Positions 1 through 9,628 of a DNA stretch of 64,000 bases are shown here, piece by piece. Under the pieces are notes generated by a model, which was not told the origin of the DNA, ran no database searches, and saw only the letters and a program-made list of their open reading frames with translations. The position numbers were made by a program, and so were the translations under genes. Position 1 is the stretch's first letter, and every line of letters starts with the position of its first letter. The DNA is from Clostridia bacterium (lineage in GTDB: Bacteria; Bacillota; Clostridia; Oscillospirales; CAG-382), in assembly GCA_017434845.1 (NCBI GenBank), contig JAFSGD010000020.1, positions 14,960 through 78,959 of the forward strand, written 5' to 3'.

Positions 1-9
1 TTATATACA

Positions 10-618
10 TTGATAGAAAGCAGAAAAGAGCATCCGAACGCAGCTCCCACATACAAGGATAGCCCTGCACTTGCGGAAACGGCACAGATCATACTGTCAA
101 GAAACGATGCCGATATTGATACACTTGTGGATAAGATCGCGGTCCTCGGATATCTTTGCGATTCCTATTACAGCCTTGGTCGCGCCGCTGTTTCTGCTAA
201 ATATTATAAGATCATGCTCGGATGCTATCTGGCACTGAAAAAATTAAAATCTTTGAATACCAAGGAGCAGGAAGCGTTTGAATATGCTATCTTTATGGCG
301 TTTAAGACAAGGGTTTATTATGAGCCTGATGCTTGCAAGGATCTTATGGATATGCTAAGCGAGAGCGTAGGACAGGACAAGCTCTCCGAGCTCTACCAAA
401 ACGCAGCAAATGCACGCCGCGGTTTACCCAAGGATGATCCTGTTGAGCAGACAGAGGAATACCTCGCCGTCATCGATGAGGTCGAACGCTTGATAGATGA
501 GAACAAAACGATGGATTTTTGTATGGAATATTGGTCTCTCAAAAGTTACTATCTTTCTCAAAAAGGCATCTACTGGAGGTCTCCGGTTTTGCTGAATCCC
601 GGTGTGATGTTTGATTGA
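10..618 (+). CDS. hypothetical protein (cargo on the integrase side of tRNA-Pro; possibly 5'-truncated by the window edge)
   Basis: ORF track, 202 aa. It starts at TTG 10 and the frame stays open back to base 1. I recognise no family. Confidence 0.4.
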   Translation: MIESRKEHPNAAPTYKDSPALAETAQIILSRNDADIDTLVDKIAVLGYLCDSYYSLGRAAVSAKYYKIMLGCYLALKKLKSLNTKEQEAFEYAIFMAFKTRVYYEPDACKDLMDMLSESVGQDKLSELYQNAANARRGLPKDDPVEQTEEYLAVIDEVERLIDENKTMDFCMEYWSLKSYYLSQKGIYWRSPVLLNPGVMFD

Positions 619-660
619 TTTTCATATGACCTCAAAATTTGATGTGCAGTAAGCAAAGAA

Positions 661-700
661 AAAGCCTTGGGTGAGAAGTGAAAAACTCGCTCAAGGCTTT
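661..700. terminator. stem-loop between convergent ORF 10-618 and the integrase gene
   Basis: AAAGCCTTGGGTGAG (661-675) pairs with CTCGCTCAAGGCTTT (686-700), with two G-U pairs on the + strand. On the - strand the stem is followed by TTTTTCTTT. Confidence 0.4.
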
Positions 701-761
701 CTCCATAAATGGAAAATCTCTTAAAAGTATAAAAACTTCAGAGAGGAACTATTTTAAGAAT

Positions 762-1961
762 TCAATGTACATTGTTTTTCTTCAAAAAATTATCAAAGGT
801 CTGCGCTGCCATTCTGTCTGTGCTCTCAAGGGCGTGAACATAAATGTTTGTCGTTGAGATGTCGGCGTGACCGAGCCTTGATGATACGGTTTTAATATCA
901 CAGCCATTGGCAAGGAGCATGGTTGCACTTGTATGGCGAAGTCCGTGAAATTTCAAATGACGGATGCCGTGACGCTTCAAAAAATGGTCAAATTGCTTTG
1001 TGGGCGTGTGCGGATTCATCACATAGCCGTCCTCCTCGGTAAACACATAGTCAAGATTTCTCCAACCGTCGCCGAGGTAGGCGATATGACGGTTTTGTTG
1101 CAGACGGTACTCGGTGAGTGTTTTACAGAGCCGTTCAGGAATGGAGATAGTGCGAATACTGCACTTTGACTTCGGCTCCTTCTCACGAGCCTTGCCGTCG
1201 CTGAGCTTATAAATACTGCGTTTGACCGATATGCGTTGATTTTCAAAATCAATGTCAGACCACTTGAGTCCTACGATCTCACCGCGCCGACAGCCTGTGA
1301 ATAGGGCAACCTCAATCACTGCCCGAATATGCCACGGCTCGCTCTCCAAGGCTTTGAGAATGTCTCCGACCTCTTCAAGAGTGAACGCCTCCACCTCTTT
1401 AGTCTCTTCCTTGGGAAACTCGATACGGCGAGAGCGACCGATATCGTCCTCAATGTATTCGAGCTTATACGCCATAGTGACGATGGAACGGAGAACCGTG
1501 GTGTAGCGCTTGACCGTGCTTGCCGCAATACCGCCCTCACGACCGTCAAGGCGTTTCTTCTCGGTTGCGAGGTACTGTACGAACTGCTGAATATGGTAGG
1601 TGTGTAAGTCCTTCATCTTCATGCGAGCAAACATTGGCATCAGCTCTTCGTCGATGACCTTGGAATAAAAATTGTAAGTCTGTGGTGATAATGTGTTCTT
1701 TTTGACTTCAAGATACTGAACGCAGAAGTCGGCGAAGGTGATCTTGTCAGGGCGAACCGAACGCATCGGCCCCTCGTTTTGAATCTCCTGTTCAAAGGCA
1801 GCGATAAATGTCTCAAGCTCACGGTTGAGCTTTGTGTAGGGAAGATTGGGTTTTGAGGGCTTAAAGGTTTTGGAGCGTGCGATTTGTTTTCCATTGGAAT
1901 CCACTCCGCAGGAAACACGGACGAGATAAGTGCCGTTGGATCTTGATACGATGCTTGCCAT
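762..1961 (-). CDS. int: tyrosine recombinase / phage-type site-specific integrase
   Basis: ORF 762-2060 trimmed to ATG 1961, which has AGGAGG 8 nt upstream (complement of 1970-1975). The C-terminus carries HGLRHTSAT...[14 protein letters not shown], the catalytic box of tyrosine recombinases. Confidence 0.9.
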   Translation of the reverse strand: MASIVSRSNGTYLVRVSCGVDSNGKQIARSKTFKPSKPNLPYTKLNRELETFIAAFEQEIQNEGPMRSVRPDKITFADFCVQYLEVKKNTLSPQTYNFYSKVIDEELMPMFARMKMKDLHTYHIQQFVQYLATEKKRLDGREGGIAASTVKRYTTVLRSIVTMAYKLEYIEDDIGRSRRIEFPKEETKEVEAFTLEEVGDILKALESEPWHIRAVIEVALFTGCRRGEIVGLKWSDIDFENQRISVKRSIYKLSDGKAREKEPKSKCSIRTISIPERLCKTLTEYRLQQNRHIAYLGDGWRNLDYVFTEEDGYVMNPHTPTKQFDHFLKRHGIRHLKFHGLRHTSATMLLANGCDIKTVSSRLGHADISTTNIYVHALESTDRMAAQTFDNFLKKNNVH

Positions 1962-2043
1962 AAATTTTTCCTCCTTAATGGCTTGAAATTTTGCACTCGT
2001 GAAATGAAGCGAATGTCTCTTCTTTCCGAGAGTAAGACCGAAA

Positions 2044-2110
2044 GCCTCTACCATTTGCAAACTGTGCCAACTGAAACCTATGTACTAAACTATGTACTGG
2101 CCTCTACCAT
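2044..2110. repeat. short direct repeats in the int-tRNA junction (candidate integrase binding sites or att remnants)
   Basis: GCCTCTACCAT occurs at 2044-2054 and 2100-2110, and the same 10-11-mer lies inside the tRNA at 2243-2253. CTATGTACT occurs at 2078-2086 and 2090-2098. Confidence 0.6.
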
Positions 2111-2183
2111 CGGCAAAATCAGGCTCGGGAGGAAACAAAAAAATCGCACTCCAAAAAGTGCGAAAAAGTCAGTAAATACAAAG

Positions 2184-2215
2184 AAAAATCGGGAGTTTTG
2201 ATACTCCCGATTTTT
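2184..2215 (-). terminator. intrinsic terminator directly after tRNA-Pro (bidirectional shape)
   Basis: A 9-bp stem ATCGGGAGT (2188-2196) / ACTCCCGAT (2203-2211) is flanked by A5 and T5 runs. Confidence 0.7.
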
Positions 2216-2291
2216 GGTCTGAGTGACAAGACTTGAACTTGCGGCCTCTACCACCCCAAGGTAGCGCGCTACCAAACTGCGCCACACCCAG
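2215..2291 (-). tRNA. tRNA-Pro (anticodon GGG), 77 nt with encoded CCA
   Basis: I folded the cloverleaf by hand. The acceptor stem is CTGGGTG/CACTCAG with C1-G72. It has U8, a D stem GCGC/GCGC and an anticodon stem CTACC/GGTAG. The anticodon loop is TT-GGG-GT with G37. The variable loop is 5 nt, the T loop is TTCAAGT and the discriminator is A. Confidence 0.9.
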
Positions 2292-2318
2292 ATATTGCCG
2301 ACTCAGGCAACGAACGAA

Positions 2319-2347
2319 ATTATAGCACAAAGTTATGCGGTTGTCAA
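2319..2347 (-). promoter_or_regulatory. sigma-70 type promoter for tRNA-Pro
   Basis: On the - strand: TTGACA (2347-2342), 17-nt spacer, TATAAT (2324-2319). The -10 lies about 27 nt upstream of tRNA base 1. Confidence 0.6.
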
Positions 2348-2407
2348 TACTTTTTTATCAAAAAATCGAATTTTAAAGCATTATGTTTTAACCATAATTT
2401 TCATGCC

Positions 2408-2436
2408 TTGACTTTATATTAACAGCCATGTATAAT
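2408..2436 (+). promoter_or_regulatory. sigma-70 type promoter for the 2466-3284 gene
   Basis: TTGACT (2408-2413), 17-nt spacer, TATAAT (2431-2436). Confidence 0.6.
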
Positions 2437-2465
2437 TTAATTATTAATAGGTTTTGGAGTATTAT

Positions 2466-3284
2466 ATGGACGAGCTTAAATCTCTTGAATTAAAAATCAA
2501 CCGAGCAAGATATAATCTTATGTTTATGCTGATTCTTTCGCTTGTTAACATCTATTTCGTTATATCAAGCGGTAAGATATTTGTTCCGTTTTCCTCTTCG
2601 ATTTCTGTTTACGCAACGCTGTTCGGCGCAACGTTAAAGAACGAAACGTCGGCTTCAATGCCATTTGTTTTGGGCATCGTTATCGCCGGCATTGCGCTTG
2701 GTGCGTTTTTGATTTGCTATTTTAAATCAAAAACAAGTCCGTTTTTTATGTTCTTGGCGTTCACACTTCTTGCGGCCGATTTTATTGTTCTTTTGTTTAT
2801 AAGCTTTGTTAACGGAAGCTTTACTCAATGGTTCAATATTCTTGATATTATTTTGCATGCACTCGTTTTGTTTTACCTCTTTGGCGGAATTAAGGCGCAT
2901 TCGAAAATGGCGAGATTAAAAAGTAAACAAGCCGAAGATGCAGCGTTTCAAGAAGAAGAAGAAGAAGAAGAAACATCCGAAGACGATAATTGCAAGCCCG
3001 AAAAAGAAGATATTTATAAATATTGCGACGATGGCACCGAACCGCTTGTTACCGGACAAGCCGCAGGGCTAAGTGTTTTTGCGGTTATAAGAGACAACGT
3101 TGCCGAGCTGGTTATTAACGATTACGTTTGCGATGAGCTTGATGTTTCCGATTATGACGAATTCACGTTGAGAGCCATTGTTAACGATACCGATTTTATG
3201 TTTGAATACAAAAAGACACCAAACGGCGACATGATGTTTCTCTATGCCGACGACGAGCTGCTTGACAGCTTCGGCAGACAATAA
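2466..3284 (+). CDS. hypothetical multi-pass membrane protein with an acidic linker and a small C-terminal domain
   Basis: ORF 2454-3284 trimmed to ATG 2466, with GGAG at 2456-2459. It has four hydrophobic segments followed by a QEEEEEEETSEDD linker. I recognise no family. Confidence 0.6.
   Translation: MDELKSLELKINRARYNLMFMLILSLVNIYFVISSGKIFVPFSSSISVYATLFGATLKNETSASMPFVLGIVIAGIALGAFLICYFKSKTSPFFMFLAFTLLAADFIVLLFISFVNGSFTQWFNILDIILHALVLFYLFGGIKAHSKMARLKSKQAEDAAFQEEEEEEETSEDDNCKPEKEDIYKYCDDGTEPLVTGQAAGLSVFAVIRDNVAELVINDYVCDELDVSDYDEFTLRAIVNDTDFMFEYKKTPNGDMMFLYADDELLDSFGRQ
2952..2972 (+). repeat. (GAA)7 trinucleotide repeat, in frame (poly-Glu)
   Basis: Seven perfect GAA units, read directly from the sequence. 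Confidence 0.95.
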
Positions 3285-3291
3285 ACAGCAA

Positions 3292-3325
3292 AAGGCAGAT
3301 TCGATCGAATCTGCCTTCTCTTTTT
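3292..3325. terminator. bidirectional terminator between convergent genes
   Basis: Perfect inverted repeat AAGGCAGATTCGA/TCGAATCTGCCTT (3292-3317), followed by CTCTTTTT. Confidence 0.7.
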
Positions 3326-3971
3326 AGTTGCCGGTCATTTTTTCTTGCTTTACTTTTTTGTCGATAACGTGGCGCGAGGCCAATTCTTTCATAACGTCGT
3401 CAACCGAAATATCCATATCAGCCATAAGCACCAAGGCATGATACATAAGATCGGCAAGCTCATAAATGGTTTCAGCTTTGTCGTCGGCTTTGCCGCCGAT
3501 AATAACCTCCGTTGCCTCTTCGCCTACCTTCTTTAATATCTTATCTCTTCCCTTTTCGAAAAGATAGGTTGTATAGGAGCCTTCTTTTTTATCGGTTTTT
3601 CTGCCGATAATAAGTTGCATAAGACCTTCTATCGTGAACGGTGCGGCGTTTTCAACAATAGTGTTGAAAAAACAGGTTTCGTTACCCGTATGGCACGCAG
3701 GTCCCGCAGGAATAACACTTACCAGCAAGGTGTCGGCATCACAATCGGTTGCGATCGAAACAACCTCTTGCACGTTACCCGAGGTTTCACCTTTTCTCCA
3801 AAGCTCGTTTCTCGAACGGGAGAAAAAACAGGTTCTTTCTTCCTTCAAAGTAATTTCAAGGCTTTCGCGATTCATATATGCGAGCATAAGAACCTTGCCG
3901 GTTCTTGCGTCGGTTACAATTGCGGGAATGAGGCCTTTGTCGTTGTATTTAAGATTATCAATATTAAACAT
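3324..3971 (-). CDS. hisI: bifunctional phosphoribosyl-AMP cyclohydrolase / phosphoribosyl-ATP pyrophosphatase
   Basis: 215 aa. The N-terminal half resembles HisI (GLIPAIV...CHTG) and the C-terminal half resembles HisE. It is the last gene of the his operon. Confidence 0.95.
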   Translation of the reverse strand: MFNIDNLKYNDKGLIPAIVTDARTGKVLMLAYMNRESLEITLKEERTCFFSRSRNELWRKGETSGNVQEVVSIATDCDADTLLVSVIPAGPACHTGNETCFFNTIVENAAPFTIEGLMQLIIGRKTDKKEGSYTTYLFEKGRDKILKKVGEEATEVIIGGKADDKAETIYELADLMYHALVLMADMDISVDDVMKELASRHVIDKKVKQEKMTGN

Positions 3972-4736
3972 TTACTTATCTATCCTTACATTAATACCGT
4001 TTTCTCGAAGATTCTTTTTCAGATCACTTATCTTAATATCACCAAAATGGAACACTGACGCAGCAAGTCCCGCATCGATTTCGGGAACCTGCATGAAAAG
4101 ATCCACAAAATGCTGTATCGTTCCCGCACCGCCCGAGGCAATAACGGGTACCTTGCAAATATCGCATACCTTAGCCAAAAGCTCAATATCAAACCCGTCG
4201 CGCACACCGTCGGTATCAATGGAATTCACAACCAACTCGCCTGCGCCCGATTCAACGCCGTTCTTAAGCCAGCTTAACGCTTCCATTCCGGTGTTCTCTC
4301 TTCCTCCCTTTGAAAAGACCCTGAAAACACCGTCTACACGTTTTATATCCGCAGAAAGAACAACGCACTGGCTGCCAAACTTTTTCGCAGCCTCGCCGAT
4401 TATAGACGTATTACGTATAGCTCCGGAATTAACGCTAACCTTATCAGCACCGCTTTCAAGAACACGGCTGAAATCGTCGACAGTGTTTATTCCGCCGCCA
4501 ACCGTTAAAGGAATAAACACGTTAGATGCCGCCTCTTTAAGAATATCGGCAAACAGCTTGCGTTCTTCGAATGAAGCGGTTATATCGTAGAACACGAGCT
4601 CGTCGGCGCCGCTTGCACTGTATTCTGCCGCAAGCTTAACCGGCGAATCAACGTCGTTAAGGCCAAGAAAGTTCTTTCCCTTAACCACCCTGCCGTTTCT
4701 CACGTCGAGACAGGGTATAATACGCTTTGTAATCAA
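3972..4736 (-). CDS. hisF: imidazole glycerol phosphate synthase, cyclase subunit
   Basis: 254 aa, beginning ITKRIIPCLDV..GRVVKG, with a TTG start. Sits in the his operon. Confidence 0.95.
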   Translation of the reverse strand: MITKRIIPCLDVRNGRVVKGKNFLGLNDVDSPVKLAAEYSASGADELVFYDITASFEERKLFADILKEAASNVFIPLTVGGGINTVDDFSRVLESGADKVSVNSGAIRNTSIIGEAAKKFGSQCVVLSADIKRVDGVFRVFSKGGRENTGMEALSWLKNGVESGAGELVVNSIDTDGVRDGFDIELLAKVCDICKVPVIASGGAGTIQHFVDLFMQVPEIDAGLAASVFHFGDIKISDLKKNLRENGINVRIDK

Positions 4737-5453
4737 CTATCTTCCCTCCCCAACCGAAATTGCTTCGGAAAGATCGATGTTTCCGTTATAAATTGCCTTG
4801 CCGAGTATCGCACCGCTGACCGCGCTTTCCTTAAGCTCTTTTATATCATCGATGGTGGTTACGCCGCCCGAGGCAATAAGGTTAAGCTGATACTTAGCGA
4901 GAATATCCTTATAAAGCTGCGTGTTGGTTCCCGAAAGAGCGCCGTCCTTGGAAATATCGGTACAAATAATGGTTTTAACACCGAGACCGATCATTTCGCC
5001 GATAAAATCAAGTGTCGGAATACCGCTTTGCTCGGTCCATCCGCTTATAGCAACTATACCGTCGCGCGCATCGACGCCAACAGCGATTTTGTCTCCGAAC
5101 TCCTCAACCGCTTTTATTAAAAATTCTTTATCCGAAACAGCCGAGGTGCCGAGAATAACCCTTGCAACACCCGCGTCTATATATCTGCGAACCGTTTCGA
5201 TGTTTCTGATTCCGCCTCCGATCTCACAGGGGATTTTAACTGTCGAAACAACCGAAGCAACCGTTTCGAAATTCGCAGGCTCGCCTTTGCGCGCACCCTC
5301 TAGATCAACAAGGTGAATAAACGATGCACCCTTCTTTTCGAAATCCTTTGCGACTTCAAGCGGAGTTCCGTATACGGTCATTTGCGCATAATCGCCCTTA
5401 TATAAGCGAACGGCCTTTTTTTCAAATATGTCTATTGCCGGTAAAATCTGCAT
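4737..5453 (-). CDS. hisA: ProFAR isomerase (1-(5-phosphoribosyl)-5-[(5-phosphoribosylamino)methylideneamino]imidazole-4-carboxamide isomerase)
   Basis: 238 aa, beginning MQILPAIDI..KAVRLYKGDY. Sits in the his operon. Confidence 0.95.
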   Translation of the reverse strand: MQILPAIDIFEKKAVRLYKGDYAQMTVYGTPLEVAKDFEKKGASFIHLVDLEGARKGEPANFETVASVVSTVKIPCEIGGGIRNIETVRRYIDAGVARVILGTSAVSDKEFLIKAVEEFGDKIAVGVDARDGIVAISGWTEQSGIPTLDFIGEMIGLGVKTIICTDISKDGALSGTNTQLYKDILAKYQLNLIASGGVTTIDDIKELKESAVSGAILGKAIYNGNIDLSEAISVGEGR

Positions 5454-5461
5454 AGCACCCT

Positions 5462-6070
5462 CTAAAACTCACAAAATGATTTTAACATTCTTAATCCCGC
5501 ATCTCCGCTTTTTTCAGGATGAAACTGTGCGCCGAAAACGTTGCCGTTTCTAACCGAAGCCGTAAGCATAGAGCCGTATTCGGTTTTTGCGGTTATATAT
5601 TTATCATCGCACTCGGCATGAAAGGAATGAACAAAATAAACAAACTCGCCGTTTTCGGTATATTTATAAAGTCCCTTATCTTCATTTGTTAACGAAAGGC
5701 TGTTCCAGCCGATGTGAGGGATTTTATTTCCGTTAATAAGCGGTTTTATTGAAACCACTTTGCCGGGAATAAGCCCCAAGCCCTCGTGCGAACCGAACTC
5801 AAGCCCTTCTTCAAACAAAAGCTGCATACCGAGGCAAATACCCAAAAGCGGAACTCCGTGTTCGGCGGCTTGTTTAACGGTTTTATCGAGACCGCTGTTA
5901 CGCAACGCTGTTGCCGCATCGCCGAACGCACCGACTCCGGGAAGGATCAGACGATCGCAACGCGATGCCTGCGCCTCGTTTTTAACTATTTCGGTATCCA
6001 CGCCCAAATGAGCAAACGAGGATTTAAGCGAAAACAGGTTACCGACTCCGTAATCAATTATTCCTACCAT
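5462..6070 (-). CDS. hisH: imidazole glycerol phosphate synthase, glutamine amidotransferase subunit
   Basis: 202 aa with GIIDYGVGNL and a GICLGMQ catalytic Cys motif. Confidence 0.95.
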   Translation of the reverse strand: MVGIIDYGVGNLFSLKSSFAHLGVDTEIVKNEAQASRCDRLILPGVGAFGDAATALRNSGLDKTVKQAAEHGVPLLGICLGMQLLFEEGLEFGSHEGLGLIPGKVVSIKPLINGNKIPHIGWNSLSLTNEDKGLYKYTENGEFVYFVHSFHAECDDKYITAKTEYGSMLTASVRNGNVFGAQFHPEKSGDAGLRMLKSFCEF

Positions 6071-6657
6071 TAGAGAACTCCCTTAGTTGAAGGCAACACA
6101 CCCTCGCGGCGAGGATCGATCATGGTTGCCTCGTCCAGCGTTCTGCCGAAAGCCTTGAAGCAGCCTTCGATGATATGGTGAGTGTTTTTGCCGGCAAGCT
6201 TTTTTATATGCAGAGTCATTTTCGCGTTACGAACAAAAGAAAGGAAAAACTCTTCTACAAGCTCGGTATCGAAATTACCTACCTTTCTCGCAGGAACATC
6301 AAGCGAAAGCGAAAGGTGGGGTCTGCCCGAAATATCAAGTGCCACGAGAACAAGAGCTTCATCCATGGGAACGGTCTTGTCGGCATAGCGCTTCAATCCC
6401 TTTAAATCACCCAGTGCCTCTGCGAAGGCCTTGCCCAAGCAAATACCTATATCCTCAACGCTATGGTGCGCATCGACCTCAATATCGCCAATGCACTTAA
6501 CCTTTAGATCAAACATACCGTGAGATGCAAAAAGGGTTAACATATGATCGAAGAAGGCAATGCCTGTGTCGATTTCGCATTCACCCTTTCCGTCAATGTT
6601 TAAATAAAGCTCTATATCGGTTTCTTTTGTTTTTCTTTTTATCTCGGCTATTCTCAT
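6070..6657 (-). CDS. hisB: imidazoleglycerol-phosphate dehydratase
   Basis: 195 aa with RKTKETDI, DTGI.FFDHML and HH..E motifs. Confidence 0.95.
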   Translation of the reverse strand: MRIAEIKRKTKETDIELYLNIDGKGECEIDTGIAFFDHMLTLFASHGMFDLKVKCIGDIEVDAHHSVEDIGICLGKAFAEALGDLKGLKRYADKTVPMDEALVLVALDISGRPHLSLSLDVPARKVGNFDTELVEEFFLSFVRNAKMTLHIKKLAGKNTHHIIEGCFKAFGRTLDEATMIDPRREGVLPSTKGVL

Positions 6658-7715
6658 TTTAAACCTCCGATAATCTTCTTTAAAGCAGAAACAACGCTAT
6701 CCATCTGCTCGGGCGTACCGATTGAAATACGTACATAATCGTTAATTCTTGCGTTAGAAAAATGTCTTATCAAAACACCGTTTTCTCTTAGCTTTGATGC
6801 AATATATTCACCCGAATATTCGGGATGCTTCGCAAAAACAAAATTGGTATAAGACGGGATCGCTTCAAAACCGAGCGATATTATGCGATTTGTGAAATCA
6901 TCTCTCGTTTTGCATATCTCGTCAACGCATTCGGCATAATAATCGTTATTCTTTAAAACCGCGGTACCGACCGACTGGGTTAAAGAGTTAACGTTATAGG
7001 GATTGATAGAAAACACAACCTTATTCAAATCTTCAATGAGCAAGCAGTCGGCAATAACGTATCCCAATCTTGCGCCTGCCATTCCTCGCGATTTGGAAAA
7101 GGTTCCTACAACAACAAGGTTTTTGTATTTTTCGGTAAGCAGTGCACACGTCGAGCCCGAAAAATCGGCATAAGCCTCATCGATAACAACAATTCCGTTA
7201 TTGTTTTTTACTATGCCCTCAACCTCTTCAACAGAAAGCTTTTTGCCGGTCGGCGCATTGGGGTTTGCAATGAAAATCGTCTTATCGCAACCGTAATAAT
7301 CGCTCGGAACAACAGAAAAATCATTATCCAACGGAATGATCTTCTTTTCCAAGCCGCACAAATCGGCATAGACCGAATAAAAGCCATAGGTTATATCGGC
7401 GAAAGCGGCCCCTCGGTTTTTACCGCAGAATGCAAGAAAGCAAAGGTAAAGCGCCTCATCCGAACCGTTAGTGAACAACACGTTGTTTCCGCCGTAACCA
7501 AACACCTTTTCAAACTCGGCTTTAAGGCAGGTGCAATTCATATCACAATACAAATGCATTCCGCCGACCGCATCAAAAGCCGCTTGTGCAACGTCAGGTG
7601 CAGGCGGATAAGGGAATTCGTTTGTATTAAGTTTTATAAACTCACCCGGTTTCGGTTGCTCGCCGGGAACGTAAGCCTTTAATGAAGAAAGGCGTTCATC
7701 CAAAAAGATGCTCAT
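6654..7715 (-). CDS. hisC: histidinol-phosphate aminotransferase
   Basis: 353 aa, class II aminotransferase-like, with an SKS..GMAG.R PLP-lysine region. Position in the operon fits. Confidence 0.9.
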   Translation of the reverse strand: MSIFLDERLSSLKAYVPGEQPKPGEFIKLNTNEFPYPPAPDVAQAAFDAVGGMHLYCDMNCTCLKAEFEKVFGYGGNNVLFTNGSDEALYLCFLAFCGKNRGAAFADITYGFYSVYADLCGLEKKIIPLDNDFSVVPSDYYGCDKTIFIANPNAPTGKKLSVEEVEGIVKNNNGIVVIDEAYADFSGSTCALLTEKYKNLVVVGTFSKSRGMAGARLGYVIADCLLIEDLNKVVFSINPYNVNSLTQSVGTAVLKNNDYYAECVDEICKTRDDFTNRIISLGFEAIPSYTNFVFAKHPEYSGEYIASKLRENGVLIRHFSNARINDYVRISIGTPEQMDSVVSALKKIIGGLK

Positions 7716-7721
7716 TGCTTA

Positions 7722-8990
7722 TCAAAGCTCCTTACGAATCGTTGCGCTTCTGCCATGTGCATCAAGTCCCTCACGTTTAGCAAAGAGCGCGATCTTATCG
7801 GCATCGGCAATCAAAGCCTCACGCGGATAATAGGTATATTCCAACGTTTTAATAAAATCATCAACAGAAAGTGCGCTTGCAAATCTTGCAGTTCCGCTTG
7901 TCGGCAAAACGTGGTTTGTTCCCGCAAAATAATCGCCTACAGCCTCGGGGCAATTTGCACCCAAGAAAACCGAGCCCGCATTTCTGACCAAAGGCAACAG
8001 CTCCATCGCGTTTTCGGTGTTTATCTCAAGATGCTCGGGGGCTAATCTGTTTGCAACCGAAATAGAATCGACAATGCTGTCGGTTATAATGATTTTTCCG
8101 TTATTTTCAATCGAAGCCTCGGCTATTTCTTTTCGCGGCAGTACAGCAAGCTGCTTTTCGAGCTCAACCGCTGTTTTCTGTGCCAAATCTGCCGAATCGG
8201 TTATTAATACAGCCGATGCGTTCTTATCGTGCTCAGCCTGAGAAAGCATATCAGCCGCAACCGCTTTCGGGTTTGCCGAGCCGTCGGCAACAATAAGTAT
8301 TTCGCTCGGGCCTGCGATCATGTCGATGTCAACGATGCCGTAAACCTGACGTTTTGCCTCTGCAACGAAAGCATTGCCGGGGCCAACTATCTTGACTGCC
8401 TTGGGAACCGTTTCGGACCCGTATGCAAATGCGGCAACGGCTTGCGCACCACCTATGCAGAACAAACGGTCTACGCCCGCAACATAAGCCGCGGCAAGAA
8501 TATCATCTCTTATATTTCCGCCGTTTGCGGGAGGCGTCGTCATAATAACCTCATCAACGCCTGCGATCTTTGCGGGAATGCAGTTCATTAAAACCGAAGA
8601 AGGATAAGCCGCGGTTCCGCCGGGAACGTAAAGCGCAACTCTTTCCAACGGCAATACCTTTCTGCCGACGGTAACGCCGTTGCTTCGATTTATCTCATAG
8701 CCTTCTCTAACCTGTGCAGAGTGATATTCTTTAATGTTAGCCGCCGCTTCATCCAAAACCGCCTTGAAATCAGCATCGCATCTGTCATATGCCTCTTTCA
8801 TACGGCTTGGATCAATTTCGAACTTTTCCACGTCGGCTTTGTCAAACCTTAAGCTGTATTCCTTTAATGCTTTATCGCCGTTGATGCGAACGTTTTCAAT
8901 TATTTCGCGAACACTGCCCGAAACATCGGGAAGATCGCTGCTTCTGTCGAAAACAGAAGATTCATCGCATCCGTTAAAGATTCTTATCAT
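7722..8990 (-). CDS. hisD: histidinol dehydrogenase
   Basis: 422 aa with the typical GPGN.FV..AK and SQAEHD motifs. Confidence 0.95.
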   Translation of the reverse strand: MIRIFNGCDESSVFDRSSDLPDVSGSVREIIENVRINGDKALKEYSLRFDKADVEKFEIDPSRMKEAYDRCDADFKAVLDEAAANIKEYHSAQVREGYEINRSNGVTVGRKVLPLERVALYVPGGTAAYPSSVLMNCIPAKIAGVDEVIMTTPPANGGNIRDDILAAAYVAGVDRLFCIGGAQAVAAFAYGSETVPKAVKIVGPGNAFVAEAKRQVYGIVDIDMIAGPSEILIVADGSANPKAVAADMLSQAEHDKNASAVLITDSADLAQKTAVELEKQLAVLPRKEIAEASIENNGKIIITDSIVDSISVANRLAPEHLEINTENAMELLPLVRNAGSVFLGANCPEAVGDYFAGTNHVLPTSGTARFASALSVDDFIKTLEYTYYPREALIADADKIALFAKREGLDAHGRSATIRKEL

Positions 8991-9628
8991 TTTCTATTCT
9001 CCGAAATATAGTCGACAGTAGCCTTAAGGAGCTCGTTTATACTGTCGGATTTAAATTTATAAGCCGCCTTGTTTGCAATCAAACGAGCGCTTATGGGGCA
9101 GATCGTTTCATAGGGCTCTAAGCCGTTCTCTTTAAGCGTTGTGCCCGTTTCGACGATATCGACGATAACGTCGCTTAAGTCGAGCAGGGGTGCAATTTCT
9201 ATCGAGCCGTTAAGCTTAATTATCTCGATGTCTCTCGACTGCTTTGCAAAATAATCACGTGCTATTTTAGGGAATTTGGTTGCAACTCGAATGGTTTTAT
9301 CAGTCGGGATCCTAACGCCCTTAATACCCGCAACTGCCATACGGCATTTTCCGAAGCCAAGATCGCAAAGCTCATAAACATCCGAACCGGCTTCCAACAA
9401 AATGTCCTTGCCCGCAACGCCGATATCGGCCGCGCCGCGCTCAACGTAAACGGCAACGTCAGAGGGCTTTGCCCAGAAATATCTGACCTTGTTTTCGGGA
9501 TTTTCGAATATTAACTTTCTTGAACCGCCCATCAACTCGGGACATCCGTAACCGATCGATTCAAGCAAAGCATAAACCTTTTCACCCAATCTGCCTTTAG
9601 GCAGGGCGATATTTATGTAATCATTCAT
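8987..9628 (-). CDS. hisG: ATP phosphoribosyltransferase, short (HisZ-dependent) form
   Basis: 213 aa, beginning INIALPKGRL. It overlaps hisD by 4 nt and follows hisZ. Confidence 0.95.
   Translation of the reverse strand: MNDYINIALPKGRLGEKVYALLESIGYGCPELMGGSRKLIFENPENKVRYFWAKPSDVAVYVERGAADIGVAGKDILLEAGSDVYELCDLGFGKCRMAVAGIKGVRIPTDKTIRVATKFPKIARDYFAKQSRDIEIIKLNGSIEIAPLLDLSDVIVDIVETGTTLKENGLEPYETICPISARLIANKAAYKFKSDSINELLKATVDYISENRK

Noticed and set aside
3634-4590. A 318-aa + strand ORF across hisI and hisF. Similar shadows occur at 31881-32852 and 36697-37218.
   Set aside because: These are antisense to well-supported genes, with Ser/Pro/Thr-rich nonsense translations.
4734-4739. The hisA TAG stop is followed immediately, in the same frame, by the hisF TTG start. 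I considered whether, together with the two in-frame TAGs in tig and the XRE gene, this hints at TAG reassignment or programmed readthrough.
   Set aside because: TAG terminates at least seven full-length, normal-sized genes here: hisA, hisH, the sortase, glxK, the CapA-like gene, the YfcE-like gene and 60178-61092. No suppressor tRNA or pyl genes are in the window. Abutting stop and start codons are ordinary operon packing.
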